A stretch of DNA of 64,000 bases from Octopus vulgaris (Eukaryota): the NCBI GenBank assembly GCA_951406725.2, contig OX597835.1:26102001-26166000 (forward strand), read 5' to 3'. A model generated the notes under the pieces. The model saw only the letters and a list, made by a program, of their open reading frames with translations. It searched no databases and was not told where the DNA came from. The position numbers and the translations under genes were made by a program. Numbering within the stretch: position 1 is the stretch's first letter; the number at the start of each line of letters is the position of its first letter. This document shows positions 1-13,155 of the stretch, piece after piece.

Positions 1-180
1 GTAAAAGCACCCACTATACTCTCGGAAGTGGTTGGCGTTAGGAAGGGCATCCAGCTGTAGAAACTTTGCCAGATCAGATTGGAGTCTGGTGCAGCCTCTG
101 CCTCACCAGTCCTCAATCAAGCCGTCCAACCCATGCCAGCATGGAAAGCAGACGTTAAACGATGATGATGATGATAATGA
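1..180 (+). mobile_element. 3' part of a SINE ending in a (GAT)n tail
   Basis: GTAAAAGCACCCAC...GTGGTTGGCGTTAGGAAGGGCATCCAGCTGTAGAAAC...GACGTTAAAC(GAT)n; recalled as an abundant octopus SINE 3' end; truncated by the window edge. Confidence 0.7.
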
Positions 181-230
<50 letters not shown>

Positions 231-439
231 AGCAATATAGCAGGCTGTGGATTATAGACATTTGGTTGCTATTTCTAGCAACAGTCTGAGCAGCTCTCTA
301 GAGACGCCATTGTTGGCTGTTGAGGTGGTATGTGGAGCTCATGTGACTGAGAAGTGATTGATGTGGCGGAGGATGGAGGGAAAACTGGGGTGGGAGTGAG
401 ATGTTAGAGGAAAGGTAGGAGAGGAGAGTGGGACGGATT

Positions 440-1230
440 GGGCGTGTGTGATGTGTGTGTATGTGCGTGTGCGTGTGTGTGTGTGTGTGTGTATGTACGT
501 GTGCGTGTGTGCATGCTGATTATTTGTGTACGTGTGTGTACCTGCATGTGCGTTGCTTTATTGAGTTTGTGTGCGTGTGTGTTTATGTATGTGTTTATGT
601 ATGTGTTTGTGTGTTTGGTTATATGCATGTATGCGTGATGTGTCTGCGGTATTGTGTGTATGCGTATATATATGTGTGTGTCTGTGTGCATTGTATGTGT
701 GTGTGTGACGTGTCTGTATGTCTGTGTGTACGTGTGTGTCTGTGCGTGCGTGTGCGTCTGAAGGTAACAGTGCAGGAAAGGCGGAGGTGGTGGAGAGGAT
801 GTGTTGGCGGGAGAAGAAATTGAAAGAAAATGAAAGAAAGATCGATGGAAAAGATGGAGAAAGAATGAACGAGGGAAAAAGTGCAAGAGGGAGAGAATGA
901 GTGATGGTGACAGAGAGAGAGAGAGAGAAAAAGAAAGATAGAGGCAGAGAGAGAGAGAGAATCAGGAGAAGGAGAGAGAAAGACAGAGACGGAGAGATAG
1001 AGGGAGAGAGAGAGGGGGAGAGACATAAATGGAAAGAGAGACAGAGAGAAGGTGGGAGACAAAGACAAAGAGAGAGAGAGAGAGTGAGAAAGAAAGAGAC
1101 AAAGAGAGACACACAATGAGAGAGATAGAATGAGAAGGAGAGAGAGTGAAAGAAAAGCAGAAAGCCAGAAAGAAAGAGAGACCGAGACAAAGAGAGCGAC
1201 AGAAAGAAAGAGAAAGAGTGAGACAGTGTG

Positions 1231-1299
<69 letters not shown>

Positions 1300-1703
1300 A
1301 GAGATAGAAAGAAAGAGAGACGAAGAAAAAGATAGAGGCAGCAAAAGAGACATAAAGAAAGAGTGAAAGAGAGAAAGTGAGAGATAAAGGGAGAGAGAGA
1401 GGGTGAAATTAGAGAGATATGGTTAGAAAAGCGAGCGAGCAAGAGAGGGAGAAATAGAGAGAGTGAGAGACAAGGGTGGGGGAAATGGGAGAGGGAGTGA
1501 GAGGCAGAAGGAGAGAGAGAGAGAGAGAGAGAGAGAGTAGGAAAGAAATGACGGGAGAGGCGAAAGAAAATGATCAGTCATGCGTATAATTACTGATGCA
1601 CACACACATATAGTAACATAAACACACACGCCTTTCTATGCATTCATTACAAACACACACACACATAGAAACAAACGACATTACACCTTTCTACACAAAC
1701 CAT

Positions 1704-1762
<59 letters not shown>

Positions 1763-1947
1763 GCGCAGAAACTTATGTACAGACGATTGACGATTGCTTT
1801 AATACACTAACAGACGACACTAACAGACGACACACAAAAGACAGCAGACGAGCAGATGATCTATCTTCTTTCTTTCCTTCCTTCCTTCCTGCCTTCCTCC
1901 CTTCCTTCCTTCCTCCCTTCCTCTCTGCCTTCCTTCCTTCCTTTCTC

Positions 1948-1995
<48 letters not shown>
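440..1995. repeat. Compound microsatellite/low-complexity tract: degenerate (TG)n, (GA)n purine tract, (CA)n, (CCTT)n, (TA)n
   Basis: Directly visible; source of the spurious ORFs. Confidence 0.95.
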
Positions 1996-1996
<1 letters not shown>

Positions 1997-2156
1997 GACG
2001 GACTTCTTTCAATTTCCGTCTACCAAGATCCACTCACAAGGCTTTGGTCGGAACGAGGCTTATAGTTGAAGACACTTGTCCAAGGTGCCACGCTGTGGGT
2101 CTGAACCCGGTACCATGTGGTTGGGAAGCAAGCTTCTTAACACTCAGCCACGTCTG
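1996..2156 (-). mobile_element. tRNA-headed SINE family S1, 5' half
   Basis: Reverse strand reads GTGGCTGAGTGTTAAG...GGGTTCAGACCCACAGCGTGGCACCTTGGACAAGTGTCTTC...GGTAGACGGAAATTGAAAGAAG; same family as 11168, 32358 and 53702. Confidence 0.85.
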
Positions 2157-2247
2157 TATATATACAAAACTAACAGCACCAGTGAGGGAAAGAAAGCGAA
2201 AAAGAGAGAGCGGGCAAGTTCCACAGCATTGCAACCTTCAACCTGAT

Positions 2248-2255
2248 TGTCTGGC

Positions 2256-2287
<32 letters not shown>

Positions 2288-2290
2288 AGT

Positions 2291-2336
<46 letters not shown>

Positions 2337-2339
2337 GTC

Positions 2340-2435
<96 letters not shown>

Positions 2436-2467
2436 AATCTTCCTATCTCTCTCTCTTTCTCCCTCAG

Positions 2468-2529
<62 letters not shown>

Positions 2530-2530
2530 A
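2248..2530. repeat. (GTCT)n/(ATCT)n tetranucleotide microsatellite
   Basis: Directly visible. Confidence 0.95.
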
Positions 2531-2989
2531 GTCTAAGTTGTCTAATGGTCTATATGATTGCATCGTGCTTGGAATGGGTGGTGCGTGTCGCATTTGGTGC
2601 TGCATGGTGTCCGAAACACGTGTTGCGCACAAGTACGTGCATGCGCGTTCGTCAACGTGTTCAACGTGTATATCTGCATAGTTGTACATGTATGTGTATG
2701 CAAATGACCGCTTTCAGCTAAGGCAACTAAACGCAAACTTCGAAGTCACTGTCAAACCCTCTCATGTGAAAATATAAACCTAATTAAAGGTGTTCAATGA
2801 TGTCTTACATTTTTATGATTTTTTTACATACATGCACATACACATCTGTGTGTGCACGCATGCACTCACACACTCACACACACACATACATACAATGCAC
2901 ATGCATACACACGCACATCTCTATATATGTATCGTATTGTCCATCTACCTATCTCTCTAGCCTTTGTTTGATGCTTCTCACTATTCGTG

Positions 2990-3037
2990 CATATGTGTGT
3001 GTTTCTGTTTATGTGAGTGTGTATGTATGTATGTGTA

Positions 3038-3080
<43 letters not shown>

Positions 3081-3538
3081 GTATGTCTGTGTGTATGTGA
3101 TGTGTGTGTTTCTGGGTATGTGTGTGCATGAATGTGTGTCTGTGCATGTATGTGTGTGTATGTGTGTGTTTCTCTTTACGTGAGTGTGTATGTGTATGTC
3201 TGTGTGTGTATGTATGTGTTTCTCTGTATGTGTGTGTGTATGTGTATGTCTGTGTGTGTGATGTGTGTGTTTCTGGGTATGTGTGTGTATGGATGTGTGT
3301 CTGTGCATGTATGTGTGTGTATGTGTGTGTTTCTCTTTACGTGATTGTGTGTGTATGTGTATGTCTGTGTGTGTGTGTGTGTGTGTGTGTATGTTTGTTT
3401 CTCTGTGTGTGTGTATGTGTGTGTGTATGTGTATGTCTGTGTGTGTGATGTGTGTGTGTATGTCTGTGTGTGTGCATGAATGTGTGTCTGTGCATGTATG
3501 TGTGTGTATGTGTGTGTTTCTGTTTATGTGAGTGTGTA

Positions 3539-3587
<49 letters not shown>

Positions 3588-4174
3588 GTGTGTGATGTGT
3601 GTGTTTCTGTGTATGTGTGTGTCTGTATGTGTATGACTGTACATGTATGTGTGTGTTTCTCTGTATGTGTATGTCTGTGTTTGTGTGTGATGTGTGTGTA
3701 TGTATGTGTATGCCTGTGTGTGTGTGATGTGTGTGTTTCTGTGTATGTGTATGTATGTGTATGTCTTTGCGTGTATGTGTGTGTATGTGTGTGTTTCTGT
3801 GTATGTATATGTGTGTTTCTGCGCATGCCTGTATGGGTATGTGTGTGTTTCTGTGTATGTGGTAGATTCTATGTATGTGTGTGTTTCTGTCTATATGTGT
3901 GTGTATGTATGTGCATGTTTGTGATTCTATCTCTCTGTGTGTATGTAAGTGTGTGTTTCTCTCTATATGTGTGTATGTATGTGTGCATTTCTGTGTATAT
4001 GTGTATGTGTGTATGTGTGTTGTGCGTATGTGTGATCGCCTGTGCATGTGTGCATGTTAGTGTAACGAATTCCTGACTTCAAAGGCATCGAGCGTGTATA
4101 CCTACACACATAGATACACATATACATACACACACACACAGACACACACATATATATATACATATATACACACA

Positions 4175-4220
<46 letters not shown>

Positions 4221-4294
4221 TATACATACATATATACATATATATACATACATACATATATATATACATACATATATACATATATATACATACC

Positions 4295-4328
<34 letters not shown>

Positions 4329-4340
4329 ATACACACACAT
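2990..4340. repeat. Degenerate (TG)n array with higher-order duplications, followed by (TA)/(CA) tracts
   Basis: Block TGATGTGTGTGTTTCTGGGTATG...TCTCTTTACGTGA recurs at about 3098-3183 and 3259-3344. Confidence 0.9.
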
Positions 4341-4344
4341 GACA

Positions 4345-4432
4345 GGCGTCTGTCAGCGCGAGGCTTAATTTGAAGACACTCGATGGAGTGGCACTGGACC
4401 CAACACCATGTGGTCAGGAAGTAAGCTACCTA
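4345..4432 (-). mobile_element. Degenerate SINE S1 head fragment
   Basis: GAGGCTTAATTTGAAGACAC...ACCATGTGGTCAGGAAGTAAGCTAC resembles the reverse complement of the S1 head. Confidence 0.55.
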
Positions 4433-4468
4433 CCTGGATGCAACTTAGCTCAATGGTTAAGAACGCCC

Positions 4469-4470
4469 TC

Positions 4471-4506
<36 letters not shown>

Positions 4507-4711
4507 CACCACCACTACTACCACCATCACTTCTACTACTACTACTACTACTACTACTACTAATACTACTACAACTGCTGCTGCTGCCACTGCCGGCACC
4601 ACCACCACCACCACCACAGCCGCCGCCGCCGTCACCACCACCACCACAGCCGCCGCCGTCACCACCACCACCACAGCCGCCGCCGTCACCACCACCACCA
4701 CTACCGCCACC
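4469..4711. repeat. (CTA)n/(CAC)n trinucleotide tract plus a 27-30 bp GC-rich minisatellite
   Basis: ACCACCACCACCACAGCCGCCGCCGTC repeated three times at about 4600-4690. Confidence 0.9.
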
Positions 4712-5130
4712 AGATTCTCGCTCAATGGAACGACTGATAGCATTACACACTTCTAACTATGCTATGGTTGTGAATAGAGGATGCTCACGACTGGAACGCC
4801 TTTGATCATAAGGTCTATCTGATTGCGTATGACCTATGGTTAAAGTATACTTAACAACCAGAATGGCGAAAATTACAGGTTCTTTATGTATGCGAAAGAA
4901 AGGACTTCACAAAACCAGAAAGGACACGGTTACGGAGGAAATATCACTTACAAGTCACTAATGAAATTATGCGACCATGTATAACATTGCAGTAGTTTAG
5001 TATGTAATAAGTGCGTCTGTAACTGTGTGTGCATACACAATTTGCTACACAGGTCTATACGTATAATGACATCCATACTTTCATACATGCTTAGAACTGC
5101 ACACATATATATATATATCCTGAGTTCATG

Positions 5131-5249
<119 letters not shown>

Positions 5250-5392
5250 TATAGATCAATAAATGGTGGGGTTGTGTTGACCGCACGTGGAGAAATGATA
5301 AGTAAGGAAAAATTTTTTTAAAAATGCAGAATGCTCAAATGAAAGAAAATTTTAATAAAATGAGAAAATGATAAAATATATAAATATATATT

Positions 5393-5433
5393 TATTCAAC
5401 CGGTTTTCGTCATTGTATGACTTGTCAAGAATA
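5393..5433 (-). ncRNA. Minimal type I hammerhead-like motif, U3-A8 core variant
   Basis: Reverse complement of 6266-6306. Confidence 0.55.
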
Positions 5434-6265
5434 TTTATGTTTTAAGAAGTTTTTTTAAAAATTAGAAAGGGGAAAAAAAGAAAATTGCATTGTTTTTTGT
5501 AAAAGAATAATGATAAAAATGTGCAAAAATTAAAAAATAAGTTCTCCGATACATTGTGAGTTCGTTGTGTATCTTGAGTTTTATGGTTGTTTACCAAAAA
5601 ATTACACAACTTAATATGCAAACTCCTCGTTGATCAAACTTCCTTTCTCTACCTCACTCTTCATGGATGGACTAACACAAATATATAAAGATACCATGCA
5701 TTCATCACTTCAAGCTAAAACTTATATTCTTTAAATATCATTTTCACTATTGTTGTTATTACTATCATTTTTATTATAAATGATATGACAATTTGAAATG
5801 CAATAGTCTATGCAGTTTTATATTATTAGAAAATAATATAAATAAAGTGTTAAAATCTGAAAGTTAAGTTAACAAGCAATTATATAAAAAAAAATAATGC
5901 AAATGAAGCTAAAATGATAGTTTTATAATTTGGGTTTTATTGAAGAACTCAAAAGAGTTGTCTCCCCTTACTCACAACACAGGAACTGAAGAACCAGGAC
6001 CACAATTACTACTACTTCCTGTCCTGCAACATGCTGAATTTAACAACACAACACATCACATGCTCTTAATCCCTTTGGATCTTAACACCTCAAGGTAATT
6101 TTTTGGTAAACAACCATAAAACTCAAGATACACAACGAACTCACAATGTATCGGAGAACTTATTTTTTAATTTTTGCACATTTTTATCATTATTCTTTTA
6201 CAAAAAACAATGCAATTTTCTTTTTTTCCCCTTTCTAATTTTTAAAAAACTTCTTAAAACATAAA

Positions 6266-6306
6266 TATTCTTGACAAGTCATACAATGACGAAAACCGGT
6301 TGAATA
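6266..6306 (+). ncRNA. Minimal type I hammerhead-like motif, U3-A8 core variant
   Basis: TATTC-TTGACAA-GTCAT aca ATGAC-GAAA-ACCGGT-T-GAATA: stem I TATTC/GAATA, 5-bp stem II, palindromic stem III ACCGGT, one extra A in the GAAA box. Confidence 0.55.
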
Positions 6307-6394
6307 AATATATATTTATATATTTTATCATTTTCTCATTTTATTAAAATTTTCTTTCATTTGAGCATTCTGCATTTAAAAAAAAATGTTTCCT

Positions 6395-6520
<126 letters not shown>

Positions 6521-6562
6521 GAAAGAATGGAGTTGAACGACGATTTAACAAAATTCCTTTAT

Positions 6563-6643
6563 TCTCGACATATGTTTCGAAGACTGCATATTCCTAATTC
6601 CGAAGGAATTAAGGGTGCGATATGCCGCCTTCTCATCAGGAAA
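6563..6643 (-). ncRNA. Type I hammerhead ribozyme, canonical core
   Basis: Minus strand: TTTC-CTGATGA-GAAG...CTTC-GAAA-CATATG-TC-GAGA; GUC cleavage triplet; palindromic stem III ACATATGT. Confidence 0.85.
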
Positions 6644-6765
6644 GACAAGGAACTTAAGTCAGCATCATGACAAACAAAAACTTTTAGCTGACTGCACTAT
6701 GGACTCCGTGTGGGCAGACATCTAAAAGTTTTTGTTCGTCATGATGCTGACTTAAGTTCCTTGTC

Positions 6766-6846
6766 TTTCCTGATGAGAAGGCGGCATAACGCACCCTTTA
6801 TTCCTTCGGAATTAGGAATATGCAGTCTTCGAAACTTATGTCGAGA
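6766..6846 (+). ncRNA. Type I hammerhead ribozyme, canonical core
   Basis: TTTC-CTGATGA(6770-6776)-GAAG...CTTC-GAAA(6831-6834)-CTTATG-TC-GAGA then AATAAA; predicted cleavage after 6842. Confidence 0.8.
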
Positions 6847-7040
6847 ATAAAGGAATTTTGTTAAATCGTCGTTCAAATCCATTCTTTCATTTATTTATAT
6901 TAAAAAAACACACAAATTTCCACACGAAAGCACGTGATCCCTGCCCTTGGCATGTAACTTCAACCGTGTTTTCTGACGTGAATTTGCTACCCGGGTATCG
7001 GTTAACCGAATTATCCATACTAGGATAATTGATTCAACTA

Positions 7041-7127
<87 letters not shown>

Positions 7128-7131
<4 letters not shown>

Positions 7132-7310
7132 AGGGTTCACGAAAAAAACAAAAGACGAAGACATGTGGTGTACAAAACAAACAGATGTATTAGTATAACG
7201 CTCAGGAATTGAAAAAAGTCTTTTACGTTTCGAGCCTATGCTCTTCTACAGGAAGGGACACAGAAAAAAACAAGGAGAGAAACAAGGAGAGGAAAAATGT
7301 GTGTAGTCGT
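7128..7310 (-). mobile_element. Short (TA)n-associated family A with an atypical HHR-like motif
   Basis: Homologous to 17456-17661, 24680-24880 and 39190-39323; CTGTAGAA-GAGC atag GCTC-GAAA-CG-TA-AAAG on the minus strand. Confidence 0.75.
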
Positions 7311-7319
7311 TACAAGCAC

Positions 7320-7595
7320 CAGAAATATAACAAAAGCTGTTACTCAGAGTTTCACGTTCCCGTTCGTCGTACACTTTTGTTAAAATAGAACAGAAATAAC
7401 GATATGATATTTCTGTTTTATTTCTATTTTATTTCTGTTCTATTTTAACAAAATTATCCGACGAACGGGAACGTCAAACTCTGAGTAACAGCTTTCGTTA
7501 TATTTCTGCAGCTTTTAAATAAAGCATAATACTCTACCTCTGGTGTTTGAGAACACTTTTTTCCACCTTGTTTCACATTTATGTGCTTACGTCAG
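7320..7595 (+). mobile_element. Short fold-back family B (PLE pLTR-like) with HHR-like motifs
   Basis: Inverted arms 7320-7398 and 7430-7508; consensus of the two arms is CCGACGA-ACG GGAA CGT-GAAA-CTCTGAG-TA-ACAG; 3' end abuts (TA)n; relatives at 23582-23802 and 40461-40516. Confidence 0.75.
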
Positions 7596-7644
<49 letters not shown>

Positions 7645-7704
7645 TTATCTCTATCAATCTTATATTCTATCTATCTGTGTGTGTATAATATATATGTATG
7701 TATG

Positions 7705-7825
<121 letters not shown>

Positions 7826-8199
7826 ATATATAAATAGAGTGTGAGAGAGGAAAAAGGGAGAGAGAGAGAGTTAGAGAGGGAGAAAGAAAGTGAGTGAGAG
7901 AGTATTTTCCATAGAAGTAGAAAAAAAAAGCGTTGAAAATTCATTTGGTTTCAAAAGGGATTGCAAAGTAAAGGAAGTTAATGGTAAGTAATTTTATATA
8001 GTTGTATGAAGGATTTATAGTTTAATGCCTTTTAAACAGCCGTTGAGGAATGCGTCATTTTGACTGGTTATTTTAAGCAAGTGATTTTCAGATTTGAATA
8101 GCGAGCATTTGTCTTACAGACTTCGGTGAGTGCTTAATTTAATTGGTTGGTTTGAACACGAGATTTATGAATCGTGAATTTGTATTCGGAGTAAGTTTA

Positions 8200-9330
8200 T
8201 TACAGCTGATGTAGAGTGTAAAATTTTCAGCTTTTGATTTTATCTTACGATACATCATAATATATTAAGTTTTGTTTTGCAATTTGAAAAAAAAAAGAAT
8301 GTATATTGTTGATCTATCTGTATTTGATCTCTAAGATGTTGTCACGTTGGTACAACATAAAATCGTTTGTTGTTTGGGGATTAACCTGCGTGAGAATTTA
8401 AATATTAACTAATAAGTATTTTTCTGATATTAGGATACCGTATTTAGTGGCAATGAACGGTCTTTCTGCTCCTCGGGTTAATGCAGTTTTTCCTGTGTAA
8501 TGTTCGTTACAACCATTAGATTTAATGACATAAAGTCGATTTCTTGATTCCCAGGTCATATAATTCTTAAAGGTAAATAGTTTTGGTTATTTAGATTCAA
8601 ACAACATGCCTTCAACTCGATTAATGAGGTTACACGTTTAGGATAGCCATACTTTTTCAACTATTGCAGTTGTATTTTTTGTTGGCGATGTTAATTCCTT
8701 TTTGGAGATTTTTGCTTATATTTTCCTTTTAATGATTTTGTGTTTTTCGCCCGTTTTAATTCTTTCTTTATTCAGTAACGATGTATATTCTCCAATAACG
8801 ATTTATATAATGACGTTTTTGATGTAAAGATACTATTACATCTGTATTTCTTGGGTTGTGTGCTGATATATAACGTAAGGTTTTAAGAGTTTCAGTAGAT
8901 ACATCTTTCGTAGTTCCTGAATATCATTCGCTTTCTCCCGTTTTAACTCGTTATTAAATAACATTGATAACTACTGTCTTTCAAGTAATACTCGCTTAAA
9001 TTATTTTTGCCCGCATTTCAAACTTCTATATAATGACATGCATTCTTATTATTCATGGTATACTTGTTTTTTATGCGTTGGATGGTATGAAGTACTTAGT
9101 TAAGTAAGATATGACTAGATTAGCATAAGTTGGTGCATGTATTGTTCCCATTGCAGTCCCAGTATTTTGTCCCAGCCCGTTCTTATGTGAAATCATAGAA
9201 TAAAATACATCAAATAAGGCAATAAGAGCCTTTTGATCAGCATCTTTCGAAAGGTAGTCTAAAAGATCTACTCTACCACTTAGGAAATTTGTTATATATT
9301 TTAAAACTGGTTTCAAGAGTATCAAAGAAT
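8200..9330 (-). pseudogene. Decayed Penelope-like retroelement ORF (RT plus GIY-YIG endonuclease)
   Basis: RT motif GTAMGTIHAPTYANL (9116-9160); post-RT YISAHNPRNT (about 8840-8875); Cys-containing linker remnant; GIY-YIG-like RNRLYVIKSNGCNEHYTGKT (about 8485-8545); stops, frameshifts and an internal deletion. Confidence 0.85.
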
Positions 9331-9564
9331 ATCGCTGAATCGTTGTGTTTCATTACAGTCCTCTTCCACAACTCGCCTTAATAGAAGCTCATTAGAGTGT
9401 AGCATGTTGATACACAGGGAAAATGATTCTCTATGTATATCGTTTATCTCACGCGCGCGTGTGTATGAGTGAGTGTACGTGTGTGTGAATGCATGTCTGT
9501 GTGCGTTTATGTTTGTTTGTATGTGCGCGTGCGCATGTGTGTAGATATAGATATAGATATATAC

Positions 9565-9835
9565 ATCTTAGGACTCCTTGCTAGCAAATCTTTCAGATCA
9601 TCAGGTCTGCTATGTGGTGTTCTCTCGCTGCCTCTTCGCCATGTTATACTGGCAACAATTACACATCAAACCGAACGAACATTCGCCCTATCAGATTCAC
9701 CAGAGGAAGCAAAAGAAGAGGATTATGGGAATGTAAGCAACCAATATTCCTGTTCGCGATACTCGGAAGAAAACGAAAGGATTATAAGGATCAATGTCTC
9801 TCGGATTAGTTACTAAAAGGAAAACAGGAAATATA
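9565..9835 (+). mobile_element. Possible degenerate PLE pLTR fragment
   Basis: CCAGAGGAAGCAAAAG...CCTGTTCGCGATACTCGG resembles a decayed CTGANGA...GAAAC layout; lies next to a microsatellite and the PLE relic. Confidence 0.3.
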
Positions 9836-10134
9836 GGTCAAATATCACAGATTATGGAGAACCTAGATCTTATCCTTGAGATTTAACTGCATTCCACAAC
9901 CGAGGCACACATGTAAAATCTTTCAACAATGCATACACTGCATCGCAGAAAGACAATGAAATGGCCGCACGCACGTACCACACACAGAAACACATGCACA
10001 TTTATGTGTATGAATACAGATACATACTTATATAACTACCTACCTACCTACCTACCTACCTACCTACCTACCTACCTACCTACCTACATACATACATACA
10101 TACATACATACATACATACATGCATACATATACA

Positions 10135-10169
<35 letters not shown>

Positions 10170-10853
10170 GTGTATGTATGTATGTATGTGTATGCTTGTG
10201 TATTTATGCATGTACTTTTATATATTTATATATGTACACCCCACCATGCACACACACACACACACACATATATAAATATATATATGTATGTATGTATGTA
10301 TATACATACACACACATGTATATATATACATACATACATGCATACATACACATATACGAAGCATAAATACATATATACATACGTGCATACATACGTACAT
10401 ACGTATACTTATATATCAGAGATCCACAAACATACACATACATTTATTAAATATTTATATATGTGTATGTGTTTGTGTGTGTGTGTGTGTGTTAGGAGCA
10501 TCAGCACCAAGCAGTGTTTAAATTAGTTATACTATGACATATTTCAGCTTCCTAAGGCAAATTCACCGCATTTGTGGCGGAGAGAGAGAAAAATAAATTC
10601 TCTTTTCCGGTAAAAAAGATGTACAAACACAATATCTTCCCCTGTGCTACCCATATCGGATTCACAGATGCAACGTTTCTAGCTGTTATCCGCTATTAAT
10701 GGGAAATACCAAAGCGAGGTAACTCTGACTAGATTTAACTAAACGGCAATGGGCAAAATTGAGTTGCGCTACTGGACCGCCCGGCCGGGTAAAAACCAGA
10801 CGTATCAGCGTGAAGGAGCTATTAGGTATAAGCGAATGTTAGGTTCGTTAAGA

Positions 10854-11082
10854 GGCGGCAAGCTGGCAGAAACGTTAGCACGCCAGGCGAAATGCATAGC
10901 CGTATTTCGTCTGCCGTTACGTCTTCAGTTCAAATTCCGCCGAGGTCGACTTTGCCTTTCATCCTTTCGGGGTCGTTAAATTAAGTACCAGTTACGTATT
11001 GGGGTCGATGTAATCGACTTAATCCGTTCGTCTGTCCTTGTTTTTCCTCTCTGTATTTAGCCACTTGTGGGTAGTAAAGAAA
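10854..11082 (+). mobile_element. tRNA-headed SINE family S2 (Meta-core-like), full length with 14-bp TSD
   Basis: GGCGGCAAGCTGGCAGAAACGTTAGC...GTTCAAATTCC...GGTCGACTTTGCCTTTCATCCTTTCGGGGTCG; TSD TAGGTTCGTTAAGA at 10840-10853 and 11083-11096. Confidence 0.9.
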
Positions 11083-11167
11083 TAGGTTCGTTAAGATATG
11101 TCTGTGGCATATTTAAACTACTAAAGACAAATTCACGGTATTTACCATGGAAATGATCTCTCTTATA

Positions 11168-11440
11168 GGCGCAGGCGTGACTGTGTAGTAAGTAGCTTAC
11201 GTACCAAACGCATGGTTCCGTCTTCAGTCTCACTGCGTGGCACCTTGGGCAAGTATCTTCTACTATAGCCTCGGGTTGACCAAAGCCTTGTGAGTGGATT
11301 TGGTAGACGGAAACTGAAAGAAACATGTCGAATATACATATGTTTGTATGTGTGTTTGTGTCCGTGTTTTTCTCCCCAGCATCGCTTGACAGCCGATGCT
11401 GGCGTGTTTACGTCCCCGTAACTTAGCAGTTCGGCAAAAG
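11168..11440 (+). mobile_element. SINE family S1, 3'-truncated
   Basis: GGCGCAGGCGTGACTGTGTAGTAAG head; GGCACCTTGGGCAAG core; internal TG tract. Confidence 0.9.
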
Positions 11441-11635
11441 TGTTATCTATCTAGATAGATAGATAGAGATAGAGATAGAGAGAGATATACAGAAAAAAAA
11501 TGGATAAGTAGACAAAAATGGATAAATAAGCATACATTGATAAAAATACACATGTACACACGCACACAGACGTACACACGCACACACACATACACACGCA
11601 CACATACACAGATGCACACATAAACAGACATAGGC

Positions 11636-11716
<81 letters not shown>

Positions 11717-11942
11717 CGTGATAGCTCCTGGGGATATTGTTAATATCGAGAAAGAATTGCGAAGTGTAAAGATAAATTATATAGTCATTGATAAGTGGAA
11801 GAAGAATAACAATGATGTGAACGACCGAAACAATAATTAATTGAAAAGTTGGTGTAAAAAAAATGAACGGAAAATAATAAATTACTCACTAAGCTACAAC
11901 GAATACGATACTAGGAGTAATATTTACATTAACGACAATTAT

Positions 11943-12270
11943 ACCACCACCACCAACACAACCACCACAATGCCACTACCACCATAATGCCACCACCACC
12001 ATCACCACCACAATGCCACTACCATCACAATGCCATCACCACCATCACCACCACCCACAACAACAACAACAACAACAACAGCAAGCACCACAATGCCACC
12101 ATCGATGCCACCATCACCATCACCACCACCACCACCATCACCACCATTGCTACTGCCACCACCATTAACGACACCGATGCTATCACCCCCATCACCATCA
12201 CCAATGCCCCCCTCACTACCACCATCACCACCGCCTCCACCACCACCACCACCACCACCACCACCACTAT
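11943..12270. repeat. (CAC)/(CAT)/(CAA) trinucleotide mosaic
   Basis: Directly visible. Confidence 0.9.
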
Positions 12271-12339
12271 GACCAATTACAAGAGGTGATAGAATGGACG
12301 ACAATGAATATAGAAAGAAAAATAAAAGTAATATTAAGA

Positions 12340-12775
12340 TTTGTTCAACGAAAGAACAGTTAAATATACAAATATTCTGAAAAATTTTGAGGGGAGGAGC
12401 TAGTTGGTTATATTCGACCCTTTGCTCAATTGATCGGTTTTTTATCGACTCCAAAAGGATAAAAAGCAAAGTTGACCTCAGCGAAATTTGAACTCACAAC
12501 GCGAAATTGGGGTAAAAAATGCCTCGAACGACCTCGTTAGCGATTTCGGCAGCATGACTAACTTTTCTATTAATCAGCGCAAGGCCTGATATTTCGAAGG
12601 GAGAAATAAGTTGATTACATCAATCCCCCCCCCTCTATTCAGCTGGTACATATTTTATCGACCCTGAAAGGGTGAAAGGCAAAGCTGTCCTCGGCAGAAT
12701 TTCACCTTAAAACGTAAGGAGACAGAAAGTTGCCGCAAAACAATTTGTCCGACACGCTAAGGTTTCTGCTAGCCC
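12340..12775 (-). mobile_element. Two degenerate SINE S2 copies in tandem
   Basis: TTTATCGACTCCAAAAGGATAAAAAGCAAAGTTGACCTCAGCGAAATTTGAACTC and TTTATCGACCCTGAAAGGGTGAAAGGCAAAG. Confidence 0.75.
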
Positions 12776-12882
12776 CCAACTTAATAAAATATTTAAATTT
12801 GACAATGAAAAGCTTGAGCCCCACGGTTAGTAAGTAAGGAATCAGCCAACACATATAAAATACGAATATATGTACCCGAATG

Positions 12883-12992
<110 letters not shown>

Positions 12993-13155
12993 GTATCAGT
13001 ATATATATTAAAAGTCAAAACACAATATGCACCTGCTTGCTAGAAAGAAAAGTTAAAACTCTCCAAAGCCACGGATCTCTCACTATACGTCAACACGCAC
13101 GTAGAATGCTGCAAATATACTAAAAAAAGACAGTCGTCCCTTTTGTAAAGCTACA

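Noticed and set aside
2990-4050. CRISPR-like periodicity
   Set aside because: Degenerate TG microsatellite with local duplications; no constant repeat with unique spacers; eukaryotic context
4370-4756. Mucin-like poly-Thr/Ala ORF (also 11987-12289 and 60857-61177)
   Set aside because: Trinucleotide microsatellites open in several frames on both strands; N-terminus derives from a SINE fragment; no splice or domain evidence
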